Shown here piece after piece: positions 43,232 to 53,469 of a DNA stretch of 64,000 nt. Every line of letters starts with the position of its first letter. Position 1 is the first letter of the stretch. Made by a program: the position numbers and the translations under genes. The stretch comes from Candidatus Woesebacteria bacterium. Its GTDB lineage: Bacteria; Patescibacteriota; Microgenomatia; UBA8517. The stretch lies in contig CP058602.1 of the NCBI GenBank assembly GCA_013426185.1, positions 463,123-527,122 on the forward strand, in the 5' to 3' direction. A model generated the notes under the pieces. It did no database searches, was not told the origin of the DNA, and saw only the letters and a list, made by a program, of their open reading frames with translations.

Positions 43232-44233
43232 TTAACTATAATACCAATTTTTCACCGCTTTTTCTACTTCTTTCAACCAGTCGCCATTGCTAATATCAAA
43301 CCATATAATTCTCTTGTCTTTTTTAAACCAGGTCATCTGACGCCTAGCATAAGCAAACTCATCACTCACCCAGTTCTCAATCATCTCCTTTTTATTCATT
43401 TTTCCTAAGAGATAATTTTTTATATTTTTATAACCCAAAGTGTCCATTGAATGAAAAGACCAATCAATACCATCTCTAAGTAACTCTAAAACTTCTTTTT
43501 TAAAACCAACTCTTAATCTTTCAATTACTCTTTTTTTAATTCTATTTTTTAATATCGGAAGTGGAGCCATTAGACCAATAAACAAAAAGTCAGAGTCTTT
43601 GTCCCAAGGTAAAACCAAAGATACTTTTTTACCCAAATTTCGAGCTCTCCATTGAGCTACTTCTATTGCTCTAACTAACCGCCTTGGATTTTTGCGATCT
43701 GACAAATTAAGAGATGCTGCTTTTTTAGGATCAAGCTGAGCCAGTTTTTCAAAAAGTTCGCCGACCGAAAGATCTGATAACCACCTCCTCAAATCATCAT
43801 CACGAGGAACCAAAACATTGGGGATGCCGTCAACTAAACTTTTGAGATAAAAACCACTACCTCCCACTAGAACTGGCATTTTATCCCTTAAGAGAATATT
43901 TTTAACTATTGGAACAGTCTTTTTAAGATAAGTAGCAACACTAAAATCCTCTTTTGGCGAAACCAAGTCATAACCCCAGATTTTGACACCCGAGATTTGA
44001 TAACAACCTATCTTCTTCTTTTTTAGACTATCTTCAGAGTAAGTTAACTTTGCGCCAAGAGGCAAATCCTTACCAGTCCCTATATCCATCTTTTGATAAA
44101 CTTGTCTTGAGTCAACAGAAACTATTTCTCCCAACAAATCTTTTTTATCCAAAGACAGTGCTTTAATCAAATAAATTGCCAATTTTGTTTTCCCTGTCGC
44201 TGTCGGGCCACAAATAACTAAGACTTTTTTCAT
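43232..44233 (-). CDS. miaA: tRNA dimethylallyltransferase
   Basis: GPTATGKT, SVDSRQVY, DIGTGK, VGGSGFY, YARRQMTWF. Confidence 0.95.
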   Translation of the reverse strand: MKKVLVICGPTATGKTKLAIYLIKALSLDKKDLLGEIVSVDSRQVYQKMDIGTGKDLPLGAKLTYSEDSLKKKKIGCYQISGVKIWGYDLVSPKEDFSVATYLKKTVPIVKNILLRDKMPVLVGGSGFYLKSLVDGIPNVLVPRDDDLRRWLSDLSVGELFEKLAQLDPKKAASLNLSDRKNPRRLVRAIEVAQWRARNLGKKVSLVLPWDKDSDFLFIGLMAPLPILKNRIKKRVIERLRVGFKKEVLELLRDGIDWSFHSMDTLGYKNIKNYLLGKMNKKEMIENWVSDEFAYARRQMTWFKKDKRIIWFDISNGDWLKEVEKAVKNWYYS

Positions 44234-44234
44234 A

Positions 44235-45023
44235 TTAACTTGAGGCGCTGGTGTATTTTGTCAAAGCAAAATTCCAAAATTTAATCGAAATAAAGAAGAA
44301 AACAAAACCAAAAAGAACAGAAACCACTATGAATCTAGGAGAAAGAAGATTCATCAAAGCTTTGGCAGGAAAAGCAATCATTATGCCAAGAGGAATAAAG
44401 AAGGTCAAAAAGGAAGCCACTTTTTTGCCGTAAACTTCAAGAGGGAACCTCGCCATTGTCTCAAGATCGCGATAAATCATCACCATGTGATCTATCTCCA
44501 AAGTAATAATACTCAAAGAAGCAATAATCGTATGAAGAGAAAAAGAAATAAAAAGACCGTTTAATAAAAGTAAAACAAAAAGAATAACTTGATAAAAATC
44601 AGGTGATAAAGGGCGCGCAGCATAAAATAAAGCCAAAATTAAAGGCGGAATTGTAACAAGGTCGATAAAATCAAAACCGCCAAAGATCACTCTAAAAAGA
44701 GGGCTAATGGGCTTACTTAAAATTAAATCAAAATTTCCAGAGACAACTGATTGACGGAAAGTGTAAACATTACGGAAAAACATCTGCGAAAGACTACTTA
44801 TGAGATTAAAAACAACAAAAAAAAGAATTGCTTGGTCTTTTGAATAAGAACCTATGCCATTTGTTTTTTTAAGAATAAAAAACAAAAAAAGGATAAAGAA
44901 AATAAAACGCAAGATTTTCCCCGTCAAAAAGACAAAAAAGCCTAACTTACGAGTTAAGTGAACAAAAAAACTTTTTTTAGATAAGATAGACCAGATATAA
45001 AGATATCTTCTAACGATTTTCAT
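44235..45023 (-). CDS. ABC-2 family permease
   Basis: GNFDLILSKP motif, six TM, YTSASS terminus. Confidence 0.85.
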   Translation of the reverse strand: MKIVRRYLYIWSILSKKSFFVHLTRKLGFFVFLTGKILRFIFFILFLFFILKKTNGIGSYSKDQAILFFVVFNLISSLSQMFFRNVYTFRQSVVSGNFDLILSKPISPLFRVIFGGFDFIDLVTIPPLILALFYAARPLSPDFYQVILFVLLLLNGLFISFSLHTIIASLSIITLEIDHMVMIYRDLETMARFPLEVYGKKVASFLTFFIPLGIMIAFPAKALMNLLSPRFIVVSVLFGFVFFFISIKFWNFALTKYTSASS

Positions 45024-45025
45024 TT

Positions 45026-45829
45026 TTATCTTCCTTCAGCGTTGTAAGCCTTAAGCCCCAAGCGCCAAACTTTCAAAAGGGCAAAACTTAAAACCACAAA
45101 CCAGAAAAAGGCAATGATAATTCCTTTAAAAATCAAAAATTGACTCACTTTGCCTAGGTAAACCTGAAGCGGAAAGAAAAGAAGATAATAAAAGGGCAAA
45201 TAAGAAAAAATCTTAAAAAGAAACCCAGGAAGAATATCAAGCGGGAAAATTCCTCCCGAGAAAAACTCAAGAATAATCACAATAAAAAGAAATTGAGCCG
45301 CCCAAGCATTCTCGGGCATAAAAAAAGAAATCATATTCACCAAAAACAAAATTACAAAGAAAAGAAGAACCGCCAACACTAAAGAAACAAGAAATGAAAT
45401 TAAAACTAAAGGGTCGCCTTGAAAATAAAGCGGCGGTTTAAGCCAAAGGTAAAGAAGAAATATTTCAACAGCCGAGAAACCTATATTTAAAGCCTTGCTT
45501 GAAATATCACGACAAAACCAATACTTAAAATAATTAACTGGTTTAAGCAAAAGGTTGGTCAAATTGCCGCTTGATATCTCCCCTGCCACATCAACAGCGC
45601 GAGAGGAAAGAACAATTGCTCTTAAGATCAAGATACCAAAAACATAAGTTAAAATCTTGGCTCGGTCATAGCCAAAAAAGGCTTGAGAAGAATTAGAAAA
45701 GATAGTGTTCCAAAAAGAAAAAATAACTAAAATCTGAATTACATTTCTCACCCTCCACATCAAAAAATTAAACCTGTAAGCAAATTCTTGGTTAAAAGAA
45801 ACCTTAAAAATCTGCCAGTACTTTCTCAT
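45026..45829 (-). CDS. ABC-2 family permease
   Basis: EISSGNL..LLLKP, GGIFPL. Confidence 0.85.
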   Translation of the reverse strand: MRKYWQIFKVSFNQEFAYRFNFLMWRVRNVIQILVIFSFWNTIFSNSSQAFFGYDRAKILTYVFGILILRAIVLSSRAVDVAGEISSGNLTNLLLKPVNYFKYWFCRDISSKALNIGFSAVEIFLLYLWLKPPLYFQGDPLVLISFLVSLVLAVLLFFVILFLVNMISFFMPENAWAAQFLFIVIILEFFSGGIFPLDILPGFLFKIFSYLPFYYLLFFPLQVYLGKVSQFLIFKGIIIAFFWFVVLSFALLKVWRLGLKAYNAEGR

Positions 45830-46824
45830 TTTGATTTTCTCAAAACACCTTCCTTAAAGACTCTCTTAATTACATCTTCTATTGGCTCCTCTTCTATAGT
45901 AATGTCCGCAACAGGGAAATTCTGTAAGATCTCGGCTGTTGCAATGGCAGCGGTTTCTCTTGGTATTAAAAGGACTACTTCTGGAAAATCAATTTTTTTA
46001 ACCTTGCCTATCTCTTCAAATTTCTTGAAATCAGTGCTATCTGAAAGATAAACTTTGACTAATTTTTTCTTGGCGAAAGTTTCAATCAAAAAGCTAAGCT
46101 TGCCATCAAAAGCTATTTTGCCTTTGTTAATAACAATAACTCGCTTGGCAACTCCCAAGATATCATCCATATTGTGCGAAGTTAAAATCATAGTAGCCCC
46201 ACGCCTGCGATTATAATCAAGCAAAAATTCCCTAATTTTTGTCTGCGCCAAAATATCAAGCCCAATAGTTGGCTCGTCAAGAAAAAGAACACTTGGGTTA
46301 TGAATAAGCGCCGCGACAAGCTCAAGACGCATCCTCTGCCCCAAAGAAAGCCGCCTCACAGGAATATTAAGCAGATTCTCAACATCAAGTAATTCCACAA
46401 GTTCTCTTAAACTTTTCTCATAATCTCTCTTAGATAATTCATAGATAGCTCTGTTTAAATCCAAAGTGTCAATTGCAGGCAGATCCCACCACAATTGGTT
46501 CTTCTGCCCCATAACAAGGCTGATCTTCTTTAGATAATCAGCTTTTCTTTGCCAAGGATCAAACCCTAGAACCTGAACTAGACCGGAAGAGGGGTAAAGA
46601 AGCCCAGAAAGAATTTTCAAGGTTGTTGTCTTGCCCGCACCATTTGGCCCAATGAAACCAACCAACTCACCTTCATCAATAGAAAAAGAAATCTCATCCA
46701 AAGCTCTTACTATTTTTCTTGTTGGATTAAATAAAGAAGAGAGACCACCAAGAAAGCCTTCCTTTTTAACATTAACCACAAATTCTTTTGAGAGCTTATC
46801 CACTAAAACTACTTTCTCCATCAA
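45826..46824 (-). CDS. ABC transporter ATP-binding protein
   Basis: GPNGAGKTT, LSLGQRMR, LFLDEPT. Confidence 0.93.
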   Translation of the reverse strand: MMEKVVLVDKLSKEFVVNVKKEGFLGGLSSLFNPTRKIVRALDEISFSIDEGELVGFIGPNGAGKTTTLKILSGLLYPSSGLVQVLGFDPWQRKADYLKKISLVMGQKNQLWWDLPAIDTLDLNRAIYELSKRDYEKSLRELVELLDVENLLNIPVRRLSLGQRMRLELVAALIHNPSVLFLDEPTIGLDILAQTKIREFLLDYNRRRGATMILTSHNMDDILGVAKRVIVINKGKIAFDGKLSFLIETFAKKKLVKVYLSDSTDFKKFEEIGKVKKIDFPEVVLLIPRETAAIATAEILQNFPVADITIEEEPIEDVIKRVFKEGVLRKSK

Positions 46825-46860
46825 GCCTAGTATACTACAAAAATCAAAAACAACGCGCTA

Positions 46861-46948
46861 TTGACAAGGTCCGTCCTTGTCAAAGCTAAAACATAGAAAA
46901 AGAAGATAAAAATAGCTTCGAATATTCTGACAAGGTACGTCCTTGTCA
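46861..46948. repeat. Two REP-like palindromes
   Basis: TGACAAGG-TCCGT/TACGT-CCTTGTCA at 46862 and 46928. Confidence 0.7.
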
Positions 46949-46953
46949 ACAGG

Positions 46954-47229
46954 TTAACGAGAGACTTGCTCTTTTAGTCTTTTGCCGGGAGTGAATTTGG
47001 GAGAACGATGAGGTTTGATATGAACCAGTTTATCTGTCTTCGGGATTTTGACTGTCTTACCTTTCCTTGAAGAAACCCTAAAAGTGCCAAAACCAGAGAG
47101 AACTACTTTTTCACCTTTTGAAAGGATTCTACCAATCTCGCTTAAAAAAACATCAACAGCTTCCTCTGCTGCCTTCTTTGTAAGATGCGCCTTTCTTGCT
47201 ACAAGATCAACTAATTGTTTTCGTGTCAT
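46954..47229 (-). CDS. hup: HU family DNA-binding protein
   Basis: GEKVVLSGFGTF...PKFTPGKRLKE. Confidence 0.92.
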   Translation of the reverse strand: MTRKQLVDLVARKAHLTKKAAEEAVDVFLSEIGRILSKGEKVVLSGFGTFRVSSRKGKTVKIPKTDKLVHIKPHRSPKFTPGKRLKEQVSR

Positions 47230-47283
47230 ATTGTTTTAAGAATATTACAAACTATCAAAAATGTCAAGTTAATGACATATTCT

Positions 47284-48234
47284 TTAAAAACCGTAAGAAG
47301 AAAGAGGTGCATTACCAATTCTTATTCTAGGTAAATCTAACCTTTGACCTTTACAAAGAATATTACCATACTTTGTGGTAAACGCCGCTTTATAACCAAG
47401 ACTATTCAAATATTTTTCGGCTTGAAGAGAATCAATACCATAAGGATAAGCAAAGATTTTTGGTGAATTAAAAAAATGATCTTTCAATTGAGAATCAGCA
47501 GTTGAGATCTCATATTCTACCTGCGAAATATTAGACTTAACATTTTTATGAGACCAAGTGTGGTTAGCAAATAAGACCAAATCTTTCATAGAATCCATCT
47601 CGTCCCAAGCCAAATAACCAGCGTTTGAGACAAGACCTGTGGGAACAAAAACAGTCGCTTTAAAATTAAATTTCTGCAAAATAGGATAAGCATTAAGATA
47701 AAAATCTTCATAAGCATCATCAAAAGTCAAAAGAACACTATTTTTGGGAATCTCGACCCCGCTATCAAAAAAATTTACGAGATCAGACATTGATATTACC
47801 TTATAACCTTTGTCAAAGAGGTATTTCATTTGTCCCTCAAAATAATCTGTATAAACAGTTAAAGAGGTCTGATGATCTTCACGAGCAGATTCTTTAGATT
47901 GAATATGGTGATACATCAAAACTGGGAGACGAACACATGGCCCGAAGAGCTTATTCATCTCGTCAAAAGACAAAGGTCTTTGAGTTGGAGAGGGGGTAGG
48001 TGCTAAGTTAGAAAAAACTGGAGAATTATCCAAAACAAACTTAGGTTTAGGAGTTTCAGAAACACTATTGGTGACAGAAGAAGGAAAATTATTTTCTCTA
48101 CCTCTTATCACACGAAAGGCAAAAAAAGAAAATAAAAAAGCGGATAAAAAGAGAAACAAAAAAAGGCTATTTTGCCACCGTGGTTTCCGTTGCTCTGACT
48201 TCTCTGATAACTGTAACTTTGATTTGTCCTGCAT
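47284..48234 (-). CDS. Polysaccharide deacetylase (start uncertain)
   Basis: PVLMYHHI, LTFDDAY, NHTWSH, FAYPYG. Confidence 0.88.
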   Translation of the reverse strand: MQDKSKLQLSEKSEQRKPRWQNSLFLFLFLSAFLFSFFAFRVIRGRENNFPSSVTNSVSETPKPKFVLDNSPVFSNLAPTPSPTQRPLSFDEMNKLFGPCVRLPVLMYHHIQSKESAREDHQTSLTVYTDYFEGQMKYLFDKGYKVISMSDLVNFFDSGVEIPKNSVLLTFDDAYEDFYLNAYPILQKFNFKATVFVPTGLVSNAGYLAWDEMDSMKDLVLFANHTWSHKNVKSNISQVEYEISTADSQLKDHFFNSPKIFAYPYGIDSLQAEKYLNSLGYKAAFTTKYGNILCKGQRLDLPRIRIGNAPLSSYGF

Positions 48235-49420
48235 ATTCAGCTTCTTTTTCAAGTTTTCTTGCAATATCATATGCCAAGACTGTTAACTTGTCATCGTCAA
48301 CTTCATCAGGTTTAACAATCACCCTGACATCACGGCCCGCCTGAAAAGCATAAGCAGCTTCAACTCCTGGGAAACTTTTGGCAATATCCTCAACCTTAGA
48401 CATTCTTTTGACATACTCCTCATGCGGTTCATAACGAGCTCCAGGACGAGAACCAGAAATAGCATCAGCAATCCAAACTATAGTGCTCTCAATTGAAGAG
48501 AAAGGCCTGTCTTCATGATGCTCAGCTATACAATTAACCACCTCTTTAGGAAAACCGTATTTTTTAGCAACAGACACTCCGACATCAACATGATTACCTT
48601 CTTCTTCAGTCACTACTTTACCTATATCATGAAGAAGGCATCCCAGACGAACAATTTCAGTTTTTGCTCCAATTTCATTGGCAATTGCCACCCCTATTTT
48701 AGTTTCTTCAATGGTGTGAAGTCCAAGATTCTGGCCATAAGATGTCCTAAATTTATAACGGCCAAGAAGTTTAATGATCTCAACAGGAAGATTGTAAACC
48801 CCACAATTCTCAGCGATAATTTTACCTTCCTCAAGTAAAATATCCTCCATTTTGGCTTTAGTCTGACGCACAACCTCTTCAATTCTCGATGGTTGAATTC
48901 TCGCGTCCTTAATCAAAATTTCTAGAGCCCGACGAGCAATTTCTCTTCTTACCGAATCAAAAGAAGAAATCCTAATAATATTTGTCTCATCCATTTCAAG
49001 CTCACAACCAGTTTCTTTCTCAAAAACTCTAATATTTCTTCCTCCTGCACCAATTATTCTACCTTTGGCATCTTCATTGGGAACAACTACCGTTGAAATC
49101 GTATATTCAGCAGTATAAGAAGTAGCGCCATGTCTCATGGCATCAATTAAAATCTCGCGCGCCTTTTCAGCTGATTCAAGTTTGATTTTTTCTTCAGCCT
49201 GCCTGATTCTTTTTGCCACCTCAGCTGTCAATTCTCTTGAAACCTCATTAAGAAGAGTCTTTTTTGCCTCATCCACTGTCATCTTAGAGGCTCTCTCAAG
49301 AAGATCTTTTAATTCTTCCTCTCTTTTTCTTAAAGCTTCTTCTTTTTTTTCTAATTCTTTGCGCTCAAGTTTCAAATCCTCAAGCAACAAAGCTATTTCA
49401 TCTTTAGTTTTAGCTGCCAT
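48167..49420 (-). CDS. rny: Ribonuclease Y (no N-terminal TM anchor evident)
   Basis: KGRIIG..GRNIR KH domain, LLHDIGK HD domain, ADAISGSRPGAR. Confidence 0.93.
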   Translation of the reverse strand: MAAKTKDEIALLLEDLKLERKELEKKEEALRKREEELKDLLERASKMTVDEAKKTLLNEVSRELTAEVAKRIRQAEEKIKLESAEKAREILIDAMRHGATSYTAEYTISTVVVPNEDAKGRIIGAGGRNIRVFEKETGCELEMDETNIIRISSFDSVRREIARRALEILIKDARIQPSRIEEVVRQTKAKMEDILLEEGKIIAENCGVYNLPVEIIKLLGRYKFRTSYGQNLGLHTIEETKIGVAIANEIGAKTEIVRLGCLLHDIGKVVTEEEGNHVDVGVSVAKKYGFPKEVVNCIAEHHEDRPFSSIESTIVWIADAISGSRPGARYEPHEEYVKRMSKVEDIAKSFPGVEAAYAFQAGRDVRVIVKPDEVDDDKLTVLAYDIARKLEKEAEYAGQIKVTVIREVRATETTVAK

Positions 49421-49519
49421 ACCAATTTAAGGAGAAAAAAGGCCTAGCCCCTTTTTAAAAAGGAGAAAAAGAAACAATCTTGTTTCTTAAGTAGGACCAT
49501 ATTTTCCTCCACTCTTATT

Positions 49520-50152
49520 TTAACCTGATAAATCATTTTCGTCAAACAAAGACAAAGCCTCCTTGACAATTTCCCAATTATAACCTTTTCTTAAAAGAAA
49601 ACCGCTAGCTTTCTTTTTGAACTGATCTGGTGTTAATCTACTCCACCTTGACTGGTTTTTCTCAAGAAGATTTTTCGCTTGCTTCAATTCATCTATCTTA
49701 AAATCTGACAAGACCTCATCAATAGTTTCTTGTTTTACCCCTTTCTGTCTTAACTCCTGCTTTAAAATTGACACAGGTTTTGGCTTAAAAGAAAGTCTTT
49801 GCTCAATCCAAAACTTTGCAAACTTGAAATCATCGACAAAATCTAAATACTTAAGTTTATCTAAATATTTTTTCCTTAAACTTTCAGGAAAATTTTTCTT
49901 TTTATACCAATCTTCAATTTCTTTTTCACTCCTTGGCCTTAAAGCAGAAAAACGAAGCAATTTATCCCAAATCTTTTGGCTTTCTGCAGCTCCAATTATT
50001 TTTTCAATTTCAGACTCTTCTATAAAATTCCCTTCTTTTATTTTAAATTTAACCAAATTCTCAAGATCAATCCCAAAAGCAAATTTACCATCAAGATAAA
50101 TATTAACCCTCTTTTTATTCTTTTGAGGCTTTATGGCCGTAACATAAGGCAT
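49520..50152 (-). CDS. recX: RecX
   Basis: RPRSEKEI, DDFKFA, ELRQKGV, LLRKGY; follows recA. Confidence 0.9.
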   Translation of the reverse strand: MPYVTAIKPQKNKKRVNIYLDGKFAFGIDLENLVKFKIKEGNFIEESEIEKIIGAAESQKIWDKLLRFSALRPRSEKEIEDWYKKKNFPESLRKKYLDKLKYLDFVDDFKFAKFWIEQRLSFKPKPVSILKQELRQKGVKQETIDEVLSDFKIDELKQAKNLLEKNQSRWSRLTPDQFKKKASGFLLRKGYNWEIVKEALSLFDENDLSG

Positions 50153-50157
50153 AAAAA

Positions 50158-51240
50158 TTAGTCGGATCCAACCGCTTCACCAATTTCCTTGGGGACTTTT
50201 ATTCCCGAATTAACTCGTTCCCTGATTTTCTTCTCCAATTCCTCAGCAAATTTGGCATCCTCGGCAATATAAGCTTTAGCCGCTTCTCTACCTTGAGCTA
50301 TTGGTTTCCCCTCATAGTTGAAGAATGACCCCTTTTTCTCAATTAAACCAAGATCAACTGCCACATCCAAAAGCCCACCTGATTTTGAAATTCCTTCTTT
50401 ATTCATAATGTCAAACTCAGCCACTCGAAGAGGAGGAGCAACCTTGTTTTTAACAATTCTTGCTCTATGACGTGAACCTATAACTTCCTCTCCATCTTTG
50501 AGAACTTCTATTTTGCGAAGGTCAATCCTCACCGAAGCGTAAAATTTAAGAGCCAACCCCCCAGGTGTCGTTTCAGGATTGCCAAACATTACCCCTATTT
50601 TTTGCCTAAGTTGATTGGTAAAAATAAGAACTGTTTTTGATTTTGAAATCGCACCTGTTAACTTTCTCAAAGCTTGGCTCATCAATCTTGCCTGAAGGCC
50701 AATAACAGCATCCCCCATTTCTCCTTCAAGCTCAGCCCTTGGAACAAGAGCAGCAACTGAATCAACCACAATTACATCTAAAGCCCCGGAGCGAACCAAA
50801 GTTTCAGTAATTTCAAGTGCCTGCTCGCCTGTGTCAGGCTGTGATAAAAGTAGGTCATCAAGATTCACCCCAACTGTTTCAGCGCGTTCAGGATCAAGAG
50901 CATGCTCAGCATCAACAAAAGCACATTGGCCACCTCTTTTTTGCGCCTCAGCAATAACAGAAAGTGCTAGAGTAGTTTTTCCTGAAGCCTCCGGTCCGTA
51001 AACTTCAATGATCCTTCCTCTTGGAAACCCGCCGACACCAAGCGCCAAATCAAGAGCAATTGAACCTGTAGGAATAGCCTCTACTTTTCTTTGTTCCTCA
51101 GTTTGCTCTCCCAAACGCATAATCGACCCTTTTCCATACTGCTTTTCAATCTGCTCCATTGCCATTCTTATCGCCTGAAGTTTGGCTGATGAGGTTTCTT
51201 TAAATTCTGTCTCTTTAAGTTCTTTCTTTTTCTTGGCCAT
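50158..51240 (-). CDS. recA: RecA
   Basis: [37 protein letters not shown]. Confidence 0.98.
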   Translation of the reverse strand: MAKKKKELKETEFKETSSAKLQAIRMAMEQIEKQYGKGSIMRLGEQTEEQRKVEAIPTGSIALDLALGVGGFPRGRIIEVYGPEASGKTTLALSVIAEAQKRGGQCAFVDAEHALDPERAETVGVNLDDLLLSQPDTGEQALEITETLVRSGALDVIVVDSVAALVPRAELEGEMGDAVIGLQARLMSQALRKLTGAISKSKTVLIFTNQLRQKIGVMFGNPETTPGGLALKFYASVRIDLRKIEVLKDGEEVIGSRHRARIVKNKVAPPLRVAEFDIMNKEGISKSGGLLDVAVDLGLIEKKGSFFNYEGKPIAQGREAAKAYIAEDAKFAEELEKKIRERVNSGIKVPKEIGEAVGSD

Positions 51241-51329
51241 TGCTACCCTTTTAGCATAGTCTTTGATAAAATACAAGAGGAAAGAGAGAATTTAGAATTT
51301 AGATATTAGAAATTAGGATTTGCTACGCT

Positions 51330-51403
51330 CGGGGATTAGTTTAACGGTAGAATAGGCGCATGGGGTGCGTCTGGCCTGGGTTCAATTCCCAGATCCCCGA
51401 CCA
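51330..51403 (+). tRNA. tRNA-Pro(GGG)
   Basis: CGGGGAT/ATCCCCG acceptor stem, anticodon loop ATGGGGT, GGTTCAATTCC T arm, encoded CCA. Confidence 0.92.
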
Positions 51404-51512
51404 AAATCATTAATTTATTGATTATTGCCAAGTTTGTGAATTAGCGGATCAGATTCTAAACTCGCAATAAACAATAATCAACTCGCAATAATTAATAAAT
51501 CAATAATAAATC

Positions 51513-51908
51513 CTATTTTTTCTTTCCCTCTCCAAAAACAAAAATAAGATTGTTACCCTTAAGAGATATTTTTACCTCCCTTACTTTCAAAAACAGAATA
51601 ATTGTCTTTATAACTTGAAAAAGAAAATAAAGTAAAAATGCGGCAACAAGAGCTAAATAATAAAAAAGAAGAAAAATTCCAAAAGCCAGAAAAAGGCTTT
51701 CTTGCACCTTAAATGCGAAGATGATCACGATAACAACAAAAGTTGGAAAAATGAGCAAAAAAATTATTGTTCTAAAAAGACAGGAGGTGCCCTTTTTTAT
51801 CTTTAGGATTAAATTACCAATAAAATGGATAAACAAAAATAACGATTTAAACAATAATACTCTAAAAAAGAATATTACTTTCCTCATTACCCTACTGCAC
51901 TTTTTCAT
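51513..51908 (-). CDS. Hydrophobic membrane protein
   Basis: Multiple TM segments; very AT-rich, start uncertain. Confidence 0.5.
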   Translation of the reverse strand: MKKCSRVMRKVIFFFRVLLFKSLFLFIHFIGNLILKIKKGTSCLFRTIIFLLIFPTFVVIVIIFAFKVQESLFLAFGIFLLFYYLALVAAFLLYFLFQVIKTIILFLKVREVKISLKGNNLIFVFGEGKKK

Positions 51909-51965
51909 ACTTTATCCAAGTATATCCCTTGTTGAAATAAAAAATAACTTTGCTAACATTAAGAA

Positions 51966-52295
51966 ATGGACTTTAAAACTTATCAGAAAGAATCAAGAAA
52001 AACTGCCGCCTATCCTGACGCAGGAAAAAATTTTATCTATCCAACTTTAGGCTTGATTGGTGAATCAGGAGAAGTAGCAGATAAAATCAAAAAAGTAATA
52101 AGAGACAAAGGAGGAAAACTTGATAAGGAAACAATATTTGAAATTGAAAAAGAATTGGGTGATGTCTTATGGTATCTTTCTCAACTTGCAACAGAACTTA
52201 AACTTGATCTTGAGAAGGTGACAAAAACAAATCTAAAAAAACTCTTTTCAAGACAAAAAAGAGGCAAAATTCAAGGAAGTGGCGACAATAGATAA
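51966..52295 (+). CDS. MazG-like nucleoside triphosphate pyrophosphohydrolase
   Basis: LGLIGESGEV, KELGDVLWY, GSGDNR. Confidence 0.9.
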   Translation: MDFKTYQKESRKTAAYPDAGKNFIYPTLGLIGESGEVADKIKKVIRDKGGKLDKETIFEIEKELGDVLWYLSQLATELKLDLEKVTKTNLKKLFSRQKRGKIQGSGDNR

Positions 52296-52335
52296 AAATC
52301 TCTTCAAAGTTACCACTTTACTACATCTAATCATA

Positions 52336-52448
52336 AAGCCACGCGCTTTAGCGCGTGGATGTAGAATAGTTTAGATGGAGCCAAGAAAGCCACGGCCTTT
52401 AGGCCGTGGATTTTTTACTACAAATACATCGATGTATTTGTAGTAAAA
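52336..52448. repeat. Two IS200/IS605-end-like hairpins plus a perfect 36-bp palindrome
   Basis: AAGCCACGCGC-TTTA-GCGCGTGGA, AAGCCACGGCC-TTTA-GGCCGTGGA, TTTTACTACAAATACATC|GATGTATTTGTAGTAAAA. Confidence 0.7.
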
Positions 52449-52622
52449 GACACATCCTTTAGACCGTTTCTAAACTCAAAATTCAAAAAGCCAAATATGA
52501 CTCATTTTGTGATTTTACACACAACATAAATTCACCTAGCAATACTCACGATATTCAAATTCTGAGACCAACTAGACACGAGCTGGTTGAAAAATAACTA
52601 GATCCAGAAAAGAAGATTAAAA

Positions 52623-53027
52623 TTACCTCTTTGGAGATTGCTTCTTGCGCCTGGCTTTTCCTCCAGTCCCAATTTTTCTTCTTTCTCTTATTCTTGCATC
52701 ACGAGTCAAAAACCCTTCTTTTTTAAGCTTTAGCTTGATATCTTCGCTTACTTGAGAAAAAGCACGAGCCAAACCCAAAAGGCAAGCTTCAAACTGGGAA
52801 GATTTTCCACCCCCATCAACTTTAAAGGTAAAATAATACTTTGAAGCATCAGGGCCAATCAATTTCAAAAACCTCTCAAGTCTCGTTTCAAATATTTTAC
52901 CCGGAAAGTAACTAGAAAACGAAATTTCGTTAACTAAATTTTCGCCCTTACCTTTAAAAAGTCTTGTTCTTGCAGAAGCAGACTTTCTTCTGCCTACTGC
53001 GTAAATATAATTTTGTTTTTTAGTCAT
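52623..53027 (-). CDS. rpsI: 30S ribosomal protein S9
   Basis: AVGRRKSA...ERRK...QSPKR. Confidence 0.96.
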   Translation of the reverse strand: MTKKQNYIYAVGRRKSASARTRLFKGKGENLVNEISFSSYFPGKIFETRLERFLKLIGPDASKYYFTFKVDGGGKSSQFEACLLGLARAFSQVSEDIKLKLKKEGFLTRDARIRERRKIGTGGKARRKKQSPKR

Positions 53028-53029
53028 AT

Positions 53030-53464
53030 TTATTTTTTAGTTAGAGATTTAATCTTGTTAATAAAAGGGTCGCTATCACCCTTTATAACTTTCAGCCTTT
53101 TCATCCTTTTGTCTTTAAGCCTATTATCAGGCAACATGCCAGAAACTGCTTTCTCAATAATCCGCTCAGGATGCTCTTTCAACATCTTTTCAAAAGAGAC
53201 TTCTTTAAATCCACCAGGGTAATCCGAATGACCACGATAAACTTTATCTTTTACCTTATTACCAGTCAAAACAACTTTTTCGCAATTAAAGACCAAAACA
53301 TTATCTCCTGCATCAACATGCGGCGAATAATCAACCTTATTTTTACCCATCAAAAGCCTTGCGATATAAGTTGCAAGCCTTCCTAAAACTTTACCCTCAG
53401 CATCAATAATATGCCAAGAACGGCTAACTTCCTCTTTTCTTCTGTGATAAGTTTTTGTCATCAT
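53030..53464 (-). CDS. rplM: 50S ribosomal protein L13
   Basis: WHIIDAEGKVLGRLA...AVSGMLP. Confidence 0.96.
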   Translation of the reverse strand: MMTKTYHRRKEEVSRSWHIIDAEGKVLGRLATYIARLLMGKNKVDYSPHVDAGDNVLVFNCEKVVLTGNKVKDKVYRGHSDYPGGFKEVSFEKMLKEHPERIIEKAVSGMLPDNRLKDKRMKRLKVIKGDSDPFINKIKSLTKK

Positions 53465-53469
53465 ACCTC

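Noticed and set aside
51330-51403. tRNA-Pro as the prophage attachment site
   Set aside because: It lies 11 kb from the integrase, separated by core host genes; the junction is in comM
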